Source of the DNA: Thermoplasmatota archaeon
Lineage (GTDB): Archaea; Thermoplasmatota; Penumbrarchaeia; JANQNL01
Reading direction: 5' to 3'
Assembly (NCBI GenBank): GCA_028279585.1
Contig: JANQNL010000039.1
Coordinates: 4,132 to 68,131 of the forward strand
Length of the DNA: 64,000 bases
A program made the position numbers and the translations under genes. Positions 34,750 to 43,099 of the stretch are shown here, one piece after another. Position 1 is the first letter of the stretch; the number at the start of each line of letters is the position of its first letter. The notes under the pieces were generated by a model. The model ran no database searches, was not told where the DNA came from, and worked only from the letters and a program-made list of their open reading frames with translations.

Positions 34750-37533
34750 TCAGACAGGCTTGACGCCTTCAGCAAATCCCCAGAGACCACCAGGGGTCTC
34801 GTCCACGACACCGTCATCGTCGGTATCCCTCTGCTCGGACCAGATAACCAACGCAGCCTCGTAATCGAAGGTTCCGTTGGAGTTGGAGTCGTAGGCCTCA
34901 TAGCCTGCCATCCAGCTCCGGACCAGCTCCACGTTACCGTCCGTGTCGTTGTCGTAACTCTCGGTGTAGGCCAGTAGCGCCCACTGGTAGTCCTTGTTAC
35001 CATCGTTGTCAGGGTCCTGGTAGGAGTATCCTACCACACCGACGTTGGTGAACTCGGGGCTACCGTCACCGTCCGCGTCCTTCTGGGCCGCAAAGATCAG
35101 GAGCAGTGACTCCTCGTCCTTGACACCGTCGGAATTGTAATCCAAACCTTCGTATCCAGCTACTGCAGAATACATGTCATCAGGTGTACCATCGGTGTTG
35201 TTGTCATATGCAACCACGAAGGTCATCATCGCTCGGGACTGGTCAGCATAACCGTCGGTGTTATTATCTACGGTCTCGAACCCGATCAGTGCGAATGCGG
35301 TCTTTTCCGGGTTGCCGTCATCGTCGTCATCCTGGACATCAGATGCCATGATGAGTATGGCCTCGTGTTCCTTGTTCCCGTCCGAGTCCTCGTCGACGCT
35401 GGAGTATCCACCGATGATGGCCTTTTCGACGTTCTTGACACCGTCTGTGTTATTATCCCAACTTTCGTATATCACCGTGGTGAAGTGCTGCTTCTCCGGG
35501 TTTTTATCTGAGTTGTTGTCGAACTTCTCGAATCCCATGATCACGATGCTCTCATGCTCTGGGTTGCCATCATAGTTACTATCCTCGGAGACAAAGCCCA
35601 TGACGATCACCGCAACATAGTCATCGGTGCCATCGGTGTTGTTGTCCCAGGTCTCTGCACCGGCGATGAAGCCCTTGTAGGTTTCCTGGGTACCATCCGT
35701 GTTGTTGTCCCAAGCTTCCATTCCGACGATGAGCGCTCGCTCGACCTCGTACTTGAAAGGCTTATCAGGATGCTTCTGATACTCGTATCCGAACACCCAC
35801 AGGGACTCGTGATCAGGGACGCCGTCCTCTGAAGGATCGTCGGCCTGGTAACCCCAGACAACGATACCCTCATACTCCCAGATACCGAAGATATCATCGT
35901 TCTCGTTGATACCCTCATATCCTGCAGCGACGCCGGTCCACTGTTCTGGTGCACCATCTGAATCTGCATCGATCTCCTGCCAGTAGGCAACAACGGACCA
36001 TGCATGGTCCTTGATGTTGTTCTCGTTTGGGTCCTCGTATGCGTGGGCAAAGACCCAGGCGTGCTCGAGCTCGTAGATGCCGTCTGTGGTGTTATCGTAG
36101 TATTCGTATCCTACAGCCAGCCAAGCTTCGTACTCTGACTTGTTGTTGGAATTGTTATCGAACATCTCATAGCCGATGACGTAGCCGACACCGTGCTCGG
36201 GGTTACCGTCGGAGTTGTTATCGAGTATGTAGAACTCAAGAAGGTATGCTCGGACGTGTTCCGGGAAGGTGTCGTTGTTCTCGTCAACTTCGTAGTAACC
36301 GAACTGAATAGTGTGCTGGAACTCTGGTATGGTGTCGTTATCAGCATCTGTGAAATTGGTCCAGGTGATCACGTCGTAGTCGAAGTCTGGCTCGCCTTCC
36401 TCGTCGAAGTCCTCGCCCTCGACCCATTCATCCATATCTTCGTAGTCGTCGAACCAGGTCTCTTCCTCATCGACATCTGAGTCGAACTCGACCGGGGCAT
36501 TGGAGATGCTGTCTGGTCCTTCGAGCCAACTGTCCTCGTATGGCATGGTCCCAGTGGTATCGTCGGTGGTGGTATTGATATCATCGTTGAGGTCGATGAA
36601 GTCGTCCTCATACTCGATATCATCCTCCTTTCCTTCCTCGACATCCAGTGCACCATCAAGGCCCTGACCGAAACCGCCAGTGGTTTCTGATAGAGTGTCG
36701 GAGACCACTATGAGGTCCTCCGTATTATTGTCCATCATCTTTTTCTCATCCAACTGATAGTTGGACTTTGTGAAGGACTGGTCTGTTGGGAGTGTGGCGT
36801 TGGACCTTGAGGTCGTCTCGTTGGCGATCTCATGGGTGTCCTTGAGACCCTCAAAGTCCATTGGCTCGTAGTCGCCTATGAGGCCATCGTCGTTCGACTT
36901 CTGGCCCTCGAGGTCGACTCCAAGACCCTTGAGGAGGATGAGCTGGTTGTCGTGGGTGCCATCGTCGTTATCGTCGAGGTCTGGCATCTCATCTTCCATG
37001 CCCTCCTTCTTCTCACTGATCTCCTTATAGTCCTCGTTCTCGGTCAGTGGTGGTTCGGGAGTGTCTCCACCATCCCCGCCGTCGCCACCATCTCCTCCGT
37101 CGCCTCCGTCCCCTCCATCTCCACCATCACCGCCATCTCCGCCGTCTCCACCGTCACCACCATCTCCTCCATCACCGCCATCTCCACCGTCACCGCCATC
37201 TCCACCGTCACCGCCATCTCCACCGTCACCGCCGTCCCCGCCATCGGAACCGTCCCCACCATCTGTTCCATCGACTGGATCTTCTCCACCATTGGACGCT
37301 ATAAGCGCCAACCCAATGACACCGCCAAGTGAGACCATTATGATCAGACCAAGCACGATCACTATAGCAGCGACTATAGGAGCAGATGACTTGGTCGGGG
37401 TCCTTTTGGTCTCCTTTGGAGTGTCCTCTTTGGTATCTGTAGAAGAGTTCTTCTCCTCAGTGGAGCCTTCCTCTACGGTTGGTTCCTCCTCTGGGGTCTC
37501 GATCTCTTCATTGTTTTCTTCTTCTATGCCCAT
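34750..37533 (-). CDS. Membrane-anchored surface protein with (GGD)n linker, acidic region and about 24 x 21-residue DxNxDG repeats
   Basis: Acidic N-terminus, then the TM helix 'APIVAAIVIVLGLIIMVSLGGVIGLALIA', then the GGD repeat, then the repeat array. ATG at 37533 is preceded by GGAGGTGA at 5-nt spacing; the track start at 37542 is the GTG inside that Shine-Dalgarno sequence. TATA-like TTTATATAA lies on the minus strand at 37593-37601. Confidence 0.8.
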   Translation of the reverse strand: MGIEEENNEEIETPEEEPTVEEGSTEEKNSSTDTKEDTPKETKRTPTKSSAPIVAAIVIVLGLIIMVSLGGVIGLALIASNGGEDPVDGTDGGDGSDGGDGGDGGDGGDGGDGGDGGDGGDGGDGGDGGDGGDGGDGGDGGDGGDGGDGGDGGDGGDTPEPPLTENEDYKEISEKKEGMEDEMPDLDDNDDGTHDNQLILLKGLGVDLEGQKSNDDGLIGDYEPMDFEGLKDTHEIANETTSRSNATLPTDQSFTKSNYQLDEKKMMDNNTEDLIVVSDTLSETTGGFGQGLDGALDVEEGKEDDIEYEDDFIDLNDDINTTTDDTTGTMPYEDSWLEGPDSISNAPVEFDSDVDEEETWFDDYEDMDEWVEGEDFDEEGEPDFDYDVITWTNFTDADNDTIPEFQHTIQFGYYEVDENNDTFPEHVRAYLLEFYILDNNSDGNPEHGVGYVIGYEMFDNNSNNKSEYEAWLAVGYEYYDNTTDGIYELEHAWVFAHAYEDPNENNIKDHAWSVVAYWQEIDADSDGAPEQWTGVAAGYEGINENDDIFGIWEYEGIVVWGYQADDPSEDGVPDHESLWVFGYEYQKHPDKPFKYEVERALIVGMEAWDNNTDGTQETYKGFIAGAETWDNNTDGTDDYVAVIVMGFVSEDSNYDGNPEHESIVIMGFEKFDNNSDKNPEKQHFTTVIYESWDNNTDGVKNVEKAIIGGYSSVDEDSDGNKEHEAILIMASDVQDDDDDGNPEKTAFALIGFETVDNNTDGYADQSRAMMTFVVAYDNNTDGTPDDMYSAVAGYEGLDYNSDGVKDEESLLLIFAAQKDADGDGSPEFTNVGVVGYSYQDPDNDGNKDYQWALLAYTESYDNDTDGNVELVRSWMAGYEAYDSNSNGTFDYEAALVIWSEQRDTDDDGVVDETPGGLWGFAEGVKPV
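34753..36320 (-). repeat. About 24 tandem 19-23-residue protein repeats, consensus h-h-h-G-(Y/F)-E-x-h-D-x-N-x-D-G-x-x-E-x-x-x
   Basis: Example units: 'IVGMEAWDNNTDGTQETYKG', 'FIAGAETWDNNTDGTDDYVAV', 'IVMGFVSEDSNYDGNPEHESI', 'VIMGFEKFDNNSDKNPEKQHFT', 'AVAGYEGLDYNSDGVKDEESL' and 'LLAYTESYDNDTDGNVELVRS'. Confidence 0.8.
37064..37263 (-). repeat. Coding tandem repeat, 9-bp unit x about 22 (encodes GGDGGDGGD...)
   Basis: The plus strand reads ..CACCGCCATCTCCACCGTCACCGCCATCTCCACCGTC.. with 9/18-bp periodicity. Confidence 0.9.
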
Positions 37534-37623
37534 GTTTTTCACCTCCAGGGTGTATCTATTCTATGTCTGTCGGAATAAAAACATGGAACCTCTTATATAA
37601 AGGTTGATGGAACTTTGTTATGC

Positions 37624-37728
37624 AACGCGGCAGTTGACGGCTTGGTGGGTAAAAATCATATCAACCGATTATGAATGCATATCACTAAGGTTGATATGAC
37701 CTCTCTTCTTGCGGTCAACTGCTGCGTT
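37624..37728. other. Nested inverted repeats (outer 15 bp with one G-T pair, inner 10 bp perfect)
   Basis: Outer arms AACGCGGCAGTTGAC (37624-37638) / GTCAACTGCTGCGTT (37714-37728). Inner arms CATATCAACC (37657-37666) / GGTTGATATG (37689-37698). It lies between the end of the upstream minus-strand gene (37744) and the TATA box of the repeat-protein gene. Confidence 0.55.
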
Positions 37729-37743
37729 CTTCGAGCGACTGGG

Positions 37744-38493
37744 TTAGTTATCTTTCGCCTTCTCTCGTTCACGCTCGATGCGTTTCCTACGCTTCTTCAA
37801 GTAATCCACCACCTCCCAGGGTAGGTAGATGAGATGGACGAACATGACCGCTACAGGCGATAGGACGAGAAGATACCACGGCCAATCAACTACGAAGAAA
37901 GGCGAGTTACCCCCCGGTGGTTCACACAGGAACATATAGTTGGCGTCGAGGACGTAATTAATGCCACCGAGCACGACCATGTACACGACCGAGAATCCTA
38001 GAACAAGTGGGAGAGAGATCAGCCTGGGCCGCATTTTCATCCCCCAGGTCATCAAGCACACGCCAGCAATGAAACCGGAATGGGCGATGAAGTATTCGAT
38101 GAGCCAATAGGATGGGAAAGTTATCGGGACGTCGGGTGTGATGACCGCCTGGAGGGTTCCTGCGAATCCCCAGAAGTATGCGATCTCGTACATGAACTGC
38201 TGCCTTGTGATGAGCGCTACGCCACAGATTATTGAGCCCATCCAGCAGATGTGGAGGGGGAGGAAGTACTTTGCAGCGACGTCAGGGTACCTGATGTAAC
38301 CAAAGGCCAAGAACGATAGCTGATTGAGGATCAGCACAGCTCCAAGGACCCAGGCTATCGCTGTGGTGATCTTAGGATTCTTCACCTTCAAAGCGATAAG
38401 TGGTAGACCAACGAACAGAGCCAGAGATATCGCAAGCATGACGATATGGACAGGCCCGAGCAGGTCGAAATCCCTGTCATCCGTGAAGATCAT
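37744..38493 (-). CDS. YwaF/TIGR02206-family integral membrane protein
   Basis: 'LPLHICWM', 'YFWGFAGTLQAVITPDV' match the LPLHLC and YFWG..GALQA.LTPD blocks I recall for this family. About 7 TM helices. Confidence 0.6.
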   Translation of the reverse strand: MIFTDDRDFDLLGPVHIVMLAISLALFVGLPLIALKVKNPKITTAIAWVLGAVLILNQLSFLAFGYIRYPDVAAKYFLPLHICWMGSIICGVALITRQQFMYEIAYFWGFAGTLQAVITPDVPITFPSYWLIEYFIAHSGFIAGVCLMTWGMKMRPRLISLPLVLGFSVVYMVVLGGINYVLDANYMFLCEPPGGNSPFFVVDWPWYLLVLSPVAVMFVHLIYLPWEVVDYLKKRRKRIEREREKAKDN

Positions 38494-38543
38494 GGCAGAT
38501 TATCATTGAACAACTCGCTATTGAACATTGTCCTAGGTAAATA

Positions 38544-38585
38544 GTTGCAGACGCAACCTTTTAATAGAATAGTTGCGTGTGCAAC
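38544..38585. promoter_or_regulatory. Two GTTGC-N4-GCAAC palindromes flanking a TATA-like box: candidate MarR operators
   Basis: GTTGCAGACGCAAC (38544-38557) and GTTGCGTGTGCAAC (38572-38585), each preceded by ATA. TTTTAATAGAA (38559-38569) lies between them, about 25 nt before the ATG at 38589. The region is shared with the divergent membrane-protein gene. Confidence 0.5.
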
Positions 38586-38588
38586 CAT

Positions 38589-39053
38589 ATGCACTGCGAT
38601 ATGAAGGACCATCTAGCCAGGGCCGAGTCCATTGGGAAGTATATTTCGGTACTCCACAGGTACTCCATGATGGAGATCGGTAAAGAGCTTGAGCCTTTAG
38701 GCATCGGTGTCGGTCAGTTCCACTTCCTCATGTGCCTCTCTCATCATGACGGAGTGAGCCAAGAGAGCATCTCATCCCACCTCAGGTATGACAAGGCCAC
38801 GGTAACCCGTGGGATCAAGAAGCTTGAGGAGAATGGCTACGTCAGGCGGGAGAAGGACGAGGAGGATGGAAGGGTCCAGCGTGTCTACATGACCGACGAG
38901 GGAAGAGAGATCGTCGGTGAGGTGAAGAAGGCCCTTACGAAGAACTCGGACATCCTTCTCGAGGGATTCTCCCCAGAAGAGAGGAAGACATTGTTCGAGC
39001 TTATGGCCAAGATGTTCGACAATGCGGTGAAGCACCACGAGGGATGTGAGTAG
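38589..39053 (+). CDS. MarR-family transcriptional regulator
   Basis: Winged-helix block 'GVSQESISSHLRYDKATVTRGIKKLEENGYVRREKDEEDGRVQRVYMTDEGREI'. Start moved to the ATG at 38589, because the GTG at 38577 lies inside operator 2. Confidence 0.85.
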   Translation: MHCDMKDHLARAESIGKYISVLHRYSMMEIGKELEPLGIGVGQFHFLMCLSHHDGVSQESISSHLRYDKATVTRGIKKLEENGYVRREKDEEDGRVQRVYMTDEGREIVGEVKKALTKNSDILLEGFSPEERKTLFELMAKMFDNAVKHHEGCE

Positions 39054-40502
39054 GTGGACAAGGGTAAAGGTGGGGGTCCCTCGGGCAAGGGGAAGAACAC
39101 AAAGGGTGTGGAGATCCTTCTGGGCGATCCGAAGAAGGCGGTCATCAAGCTGGCAATACCCATGGTCATCGCGATGTCCGTCCATACAGCATACAGCCTA
39201 GCTGATGCCATCTGGGTGTCTGGGATAGAAAGAGGTCTGGCAGCTGTTGCTTTGTTCTTCCCGTTCTTCATGCTGTCAATGGCGTTCTCTGCTGGTGTTG
39301 GCGTCGGTGGTGGAGCTGTCATCTCTCAACGAATAGGTGCCAACAACAAGCGGGGGGCAGACCTTGCAGCATCAACGACCATGCTCATTACCTTAGGTTC
39401 GGCCTTTGTTCTCACAGTACCCATGATCATTCTTTGCCCATACATATTCGAGATGATGGGCGTTGAAGATAAGGTTACCCTGGATGCAGCCGTGCTTTAC
39501 AGCAGGATTATGTTCGGTGGCTCCATCTTCATGTTCTTCTCCATGGTCTCCAATGCCATCCTACGTGGAGAGGGGGATGCGAAAAGGGCCATGATCATCA
39601 TGGTCGGAAGCGCCATCCTGAACATCATCCTTGATCCCATCTTCATCTATCCTTTAGGAATGGGGATCGCCGGAGCAGCTGCAGCTTCCGTCATATCAAT
39701 GATAATCGCTTGCGCTGTCCTGTTCTACTGGCTGTTCATCCAAAAGACCACCTACGTGTCATTTCCGATAAGGACGTTCAAGTTCGACCCGAAGATAATC
39801 CGCGACATGGCCATTATCGGAATACCCGCTTCCCTTTCCCAGATGTCCATGGCCATCATGGCGTTCGCGCTCAATGTGATAGTCCTGTACATCGCTGGGA
39901 CAAAGGGTGTTGAGATCTACGGCACTGGTTGGCGGATCGTGATGATAGCGGTCCTACCTCTTCTTGGGATAGCCACTGCCATCACCTCGGTCGGGGGAGC
40001 ATCCTACGGTGCACGGAAGTACAGAAAGCTCGAGATAGCCTATGCCTACTCTCTTCAGATAGGGATAATGATCGAGGTGGTCATGGCCATCATCACGTTC
40101 GTTGCGGCCCCCATCCTCATCATGCCGTTCACATGGGCTGATAACTCCCAATACCTAGCTCCAGACCTGGTTATCTTCCTGAGGATAATCTTTCTGATGT
40201 TCCCAGCTACAGCCTTCGGTATGATAACAGGGACCATGTTCCAGGGTATCGGGAAAGGTATCAATGCCCTTGTGGTCATGTTACTTAGGACGCTTGGGAT
40301 AATCCTACCTTCTGCCATCCTGTTCGGCATCATCCTGGACTGGGGACTCCCTGGCATATGGTTCGGAATAGCCATTGGAGGGTGGATAGCTGGGATATTT
40401 GCCTTCTGCTGGGGCTTCTATCACATAGACGGGTTGAAGAAAGGCAGGATAAAAGGACCGGACTTCGACAGTCCTAAAGATACTGCTTCGCGATCTCGGT
40501 GA
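39054..40502 (+). CDS. MATE-family efflux transporter
   Basis: 12-TM protein with 'AVIKLAIPMVIAMSVHTAYSLADAIWVSG' and a repeated half ('IIGIPASLSQMSMAIMAF'). GTG start directly after the MarR stop. Confidence 0.85.
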   Translation: MDKGKGGGPSGKGKNTKGVEILLGDPKKAVIKLAIPMVIAMSVHTAYSLADAIWVSGIERGLAAVALFFPFFMLSMAFSAGVGVGGGAVISQRIGANNKRGADLAASTTMLITLGSAFVLTVPMIILCPYIFEMMGVEDKVTLDAAVLYSRIMFGGSIFMFFSMVSNAILRGEGDAKRAMIIMVGSAILNIILDPIFIYPLGMGIAGAAAASVISMIIACAVLFYWLFIQKTTYVSFPIRTFKFDPKIIRDMAIIGIPASLSQMSMAIMAFALNVIVLYIAGTKGVEIYGTGWRIVMIAVLPLLGIATAITSVGGASYGARKYRKLEIAYAYSLQIGIMIEVVMAIITFVAAPILIMPFTWADNSQYLAPDLVIFLRIIFLMFPATAFGMITGTMFQGIGKGINALVVMLLRTLGIILPSAILFGIILDWGLPGIWFGIAIGGWIAGIFAFCWGFYHIDGLKKGRIKGPDFDSPKDTASRSR

Positions 40503-40890
40503 ACGGCGAGTCCACCTTCTCGAACTGTGCACCGAACCGTTCCGCGAGGTATGGCATGTCCCAGGGTCTGATGTCCGCTGCAAGCAGTCCATCCTTGACC
40601 TGGTCAGAGAGCTCACCGGGGAAGATGAGAACATAGACCTTGGCGGTCTCCTTCTCACGGTTCTCGTTCATCTTCCCTGCGAGATCGTCGAGTCCATCGG
40701 GGTCAAGCTCCTTGAACGAACTGTAGTCCACAGTGGTCCTGCTCAACCTGCAGTTGACTATCTTGTCCATCCTGATGAACGAACCGTCCTCAGAAAGTTT
40801 AGCATCCATTCCAGAGACAACGAGAAGGTTTCCTACGAACTTGCGTAGGTCCATTGGGTCCACGTCGTGGGGGACGTTGACGTCAGGCAT
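40474..40890 (-). CDS. Hypothetical protein (138 aa)
   Basis: ATG 1 nt after the stop of the upstream oxidoreductase gene. The 3' end overlaps the convergent MATE gene by 29 nt. No motif recognised with confidence. Confidence 0.45.
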   Translation of the reverse strand: MPDVNVPHDVDPMDLRKFVGNLLVVSGMDAKLSEDGSFIRMDKIVNCRLSRTTVDYSSFKELDPDGLDDLAGKMNENREKETAKVYVLIFPGELSDQVKDGLLAADIRPWDMPYLAERFGAQFEKVDSPFTEIAKQYL

Positions 40891-40891
40891 A

Positions 40892-42391
40892 CTACCCCTC
40901 TGGGATGGTGGCCTTGAAGTCTTTGCCGTCCGCCTTGCAGATAAGCTGCATGGCGTGTCTGCCGGTCATGGCTGCGAACGGGACACCGCCCATAGGTTCT
41001 GTCCACTGGCCAGCCATGTAGAAGTTGGAAAGACCGGGAAGGGTCTTTGTGATCTTCATCTTCGATTTGTATGCTACATCGAGCCAGCCCTGCCATGAGC
41101 CCTGCCATGAGTTGGTGTAGTTCTTCAGGGTGACCGGGGTTGCGACGTCCGTGACCTCGATGGCCGGAGCGATACCGTCGACCATTCGGTCCAAGGCGGT
41201 GATGGCCTTTTTGGAGATCTCCTCGCGTGCCTGGTCGTACCGGAGCTTTTCACGGGACAGCTCTTCCCAGTGCCTATAGCTTGCCTTGAATGCGACGGAA
41301 ACTGCTGTGTGACCGTCGGCTGCCATGCTCTTGTCGAAGGAGTAGTTGCGGAAGAACATGTATTCGTACTTCTCGCCTGAAACATCGATCGGCTTTGAAA
41401 GCTTGAAGAAAACGGACTCTGGAAGATGTGACAGGTCTGCTGCCACTCCCATTGATATCTGGATCCTGGAGTTGAACACAGGCTGCTCGTCGTAGTACTG
41501 TGAGAGGTTCTGGTCCATGTGCTTGCCGTCTAAAAGGTCATAGAGCGTCTGGTGACCATCGGCAGCAGAGATAACATGCTCTGCAACTACCTTGGTCCCA
41601 TCCTCAAGCTCTACGCCGATGGCCCTATTGTTCTCGACGTTGACACGGAAGACCTTCTTGCCATACTGGATGTCTCCACCGAGAGCCTTGTAGCGCTTCT
41701 CCATGGACCTGGACATCTCCAGAGAGCCGCCTAGTGGAAATCCAGCAGCCTGATTGTTAACAGCTGCAAGAACATGCATCAGTGAGATCATGCTCATCTG
41801 TGGGATGTTGTAGAACATGTGCTTGAAGGCTTCCTTCATCCAAGGGTCCTTGAAGTTGTTTGCAAAGTCCGCGATGGAGATATTGTGATACTTCTCCAAG
41901 ATGGATGCGTATGGTACATCGTCCCTGAACTTTCTGATCCTGTCAATGATGTTGGATGTCTCTGGTGCCTTGTCGATGAACAGGTCGTACTTCGAAAGGG
42001 TGTTAAGGTCTCCGCAGAACTCCTCGATGAGGTCTCCATCCTCCGGAGCCATCTTGTGAAGCTCCTTTCTAAAAGCTCCGAGGTCTGCAGGGACGATGAG
42101 CTCCTTTCCCTCGATGTTGAGTCGCATGAACTCGTCTGGGTTGTGGAAGTTCTGTCCCTGGATGACACCGAGCTCCTTCCACATTGGATAGAAGGAATGC
42201 ACAGGATCCGTCCCCATCATCCAATGGATACATCCATCGAAGGTGTAACCATCCCTTCTCCAGGTGGAACATAGGCCACCAGGTTGTGAATGTGCCTCGA
42301 AAATTATGGACTTGTAGCCGTTCATTTGCGCGTAGCAGCCTGCTGATAGACCTGCAACGCCAGCCCCTATGATGATGATGGACCTTGCCAT
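40892..42391 (-). CDS. Phytoene-desaturase-family (CrtI-like) FAD/NAD(P)-dependent oxidoreductase
   Basis: Dinucleotide fold 'IIIIGAGVAGLSAGCYAQMNGYKSIIFEAHSQPGGLCSTW' and C-terminal 'FYMAGQWTEPMGGVP'. ATG at 42391 is preceded by AGGTGAG. Confidence 0.75.
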   Translation of the reverse strand: MARSIIIIGAGVAGLSAGCYAQMNGYKSIIFEAHSQPGGLCSTWRRDGYTFDGCIHWMMGTDPVHSFYPMWKELGVIQGQNFHNPDEFMRLNIEGKELIVPADLGAFRKELHKMAPEDGDLIEEFCGDLNTLSKYDLFIDKAPETSNIIDRIRKFRDDVPYASILEKYHNISIADFANNFKDPWMKEAFKHMFYNIPQMSMISLMHVLAAVNNQAAGFPLGGSLEMSRSMEKRYKALGGDIQYGKKVFRVNVENNRAIGVELEDGTKVVAEHVISAADGHQTLYDLLDGKHMDQNLSQYYDEQPVFNSRIQISMGVAADLSHLPESVFFKLSKPIDVSGEKYEYMFFRNYSFDKSMAADGHTAVSVAFKASYRHWEELSREKLRYDQAREEISKKAITALDRMVDGIAPAIEVTDVATPVTLKNYTNSWQGSWQGWLDVAYKSKMKITKTLPGLSNFYMAGQWTEPMGGVPFAAMTGRHAMQLICKADGKDFKATIPEG

Positions 42392-42483
42392 GGAACTCAC
42401 CTGACACGGTGAACTGTTTGGTCATTAATAAATGGAACCCCTACTAGTACAGATACCATTATGATACGCATCTGAAACCATGA

Positions 42484-43095
42484 ATGGAAAATGCTTTAAT
42501 ATCACATTGGAAATTCTCACATATGAACGATTGGGATAGGACCATCACCGGTCAGTCGTTCCTCAATCTCATTACTTTTATCAAGAAGCAGTGGGGACAG
42601 GATGGAGTGGACAAGATATTCGGTATCTTGAAAAAAGAGCATCCCCGCTACTATATCAACCCAAAGGAGATCAATGCGAAGGAGGCGTATCCAGAGCTAA
42701 TCCAGTTCAAGATCCTCGAGGTCATGGACCATGAGTTCGGCAATGGTGATACGAAGCTCTGCACAAGGTTCGGCCGCTACAATGCGAACAATCTTGGTTT
42801 CAAAGGCTTCTTCATCTCTTTCCTTGGTAGTCCCACGAAGGTCCTGACCTCGGCACCCAGTTCTTGGGCTAGATGGCACAATAATGGTGAGCTTGTCGTC
42901 ACAAAGGCGGAGCCTGGTATTGGGGTCTTCGAGATCCGTGACTATCTTGCCAACGAGTACATGTGCGCAGAGCTTTTGGGATTTTTCAACACTGCAGCTA
43001 ACCTTACCCGGGCCAAGAACGTCGTTGTTAAGGAAACAAAATGTAAATGCCAAGGTGCCGATGTCTGCGAGTTCACTGTTACCTGGGACGCGTGA
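42484..43095 (+). CDS. V4R/H-NOX-like small ligand-binding-domain protein (paralogue 2)
   Basis: 'SFLNLITFIKKQWGQDGVDKIF' vs 'HILNVMAFIKRKMGQKGVDELL', and the terminal 'ETKCKCQGADVCEFTVTW' vs 'ETLCNVDEGVDHCEFVITW' of 31927-32529. Confidence 0.45.
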   Translation: MENALISHWKFSHMNDWDRTITGQSFLNLITFIKKQWGQDGVDKIFGILKKEHPRYYINPKEINAKEAYPELIQFKILEVMDHEFGNGDTKLCTRFGRYNANNLGFKGFFISFLGSPTKVLTSAPSSWARWHNNGELVVTKAEPGIGVFEIRDYLANEYMCAELLGFFNTAANLTRAKNVVVKETKCKCQGADVCEFTVTWDA

Positions 43096-43099
43096 TATC

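Noticed and set aside
37064-37263. Possible CRISPR array or other spaced repeat.
   Set aside because: The period is 9 bp with no spacers, and the repeat lies inside a coding frame. No cas genes or 25-40-bp repeat/spacer architecture occur anywhere in the window.
37061-37600. 179-aa ORF encoding (SPP)n.
   Set aside because: It is the antisense reading of the (GGD)n 9-bp repeat. The sense gene has a strong Shine-Dalgarno sequence, a TM anchor and a long repeat domain.
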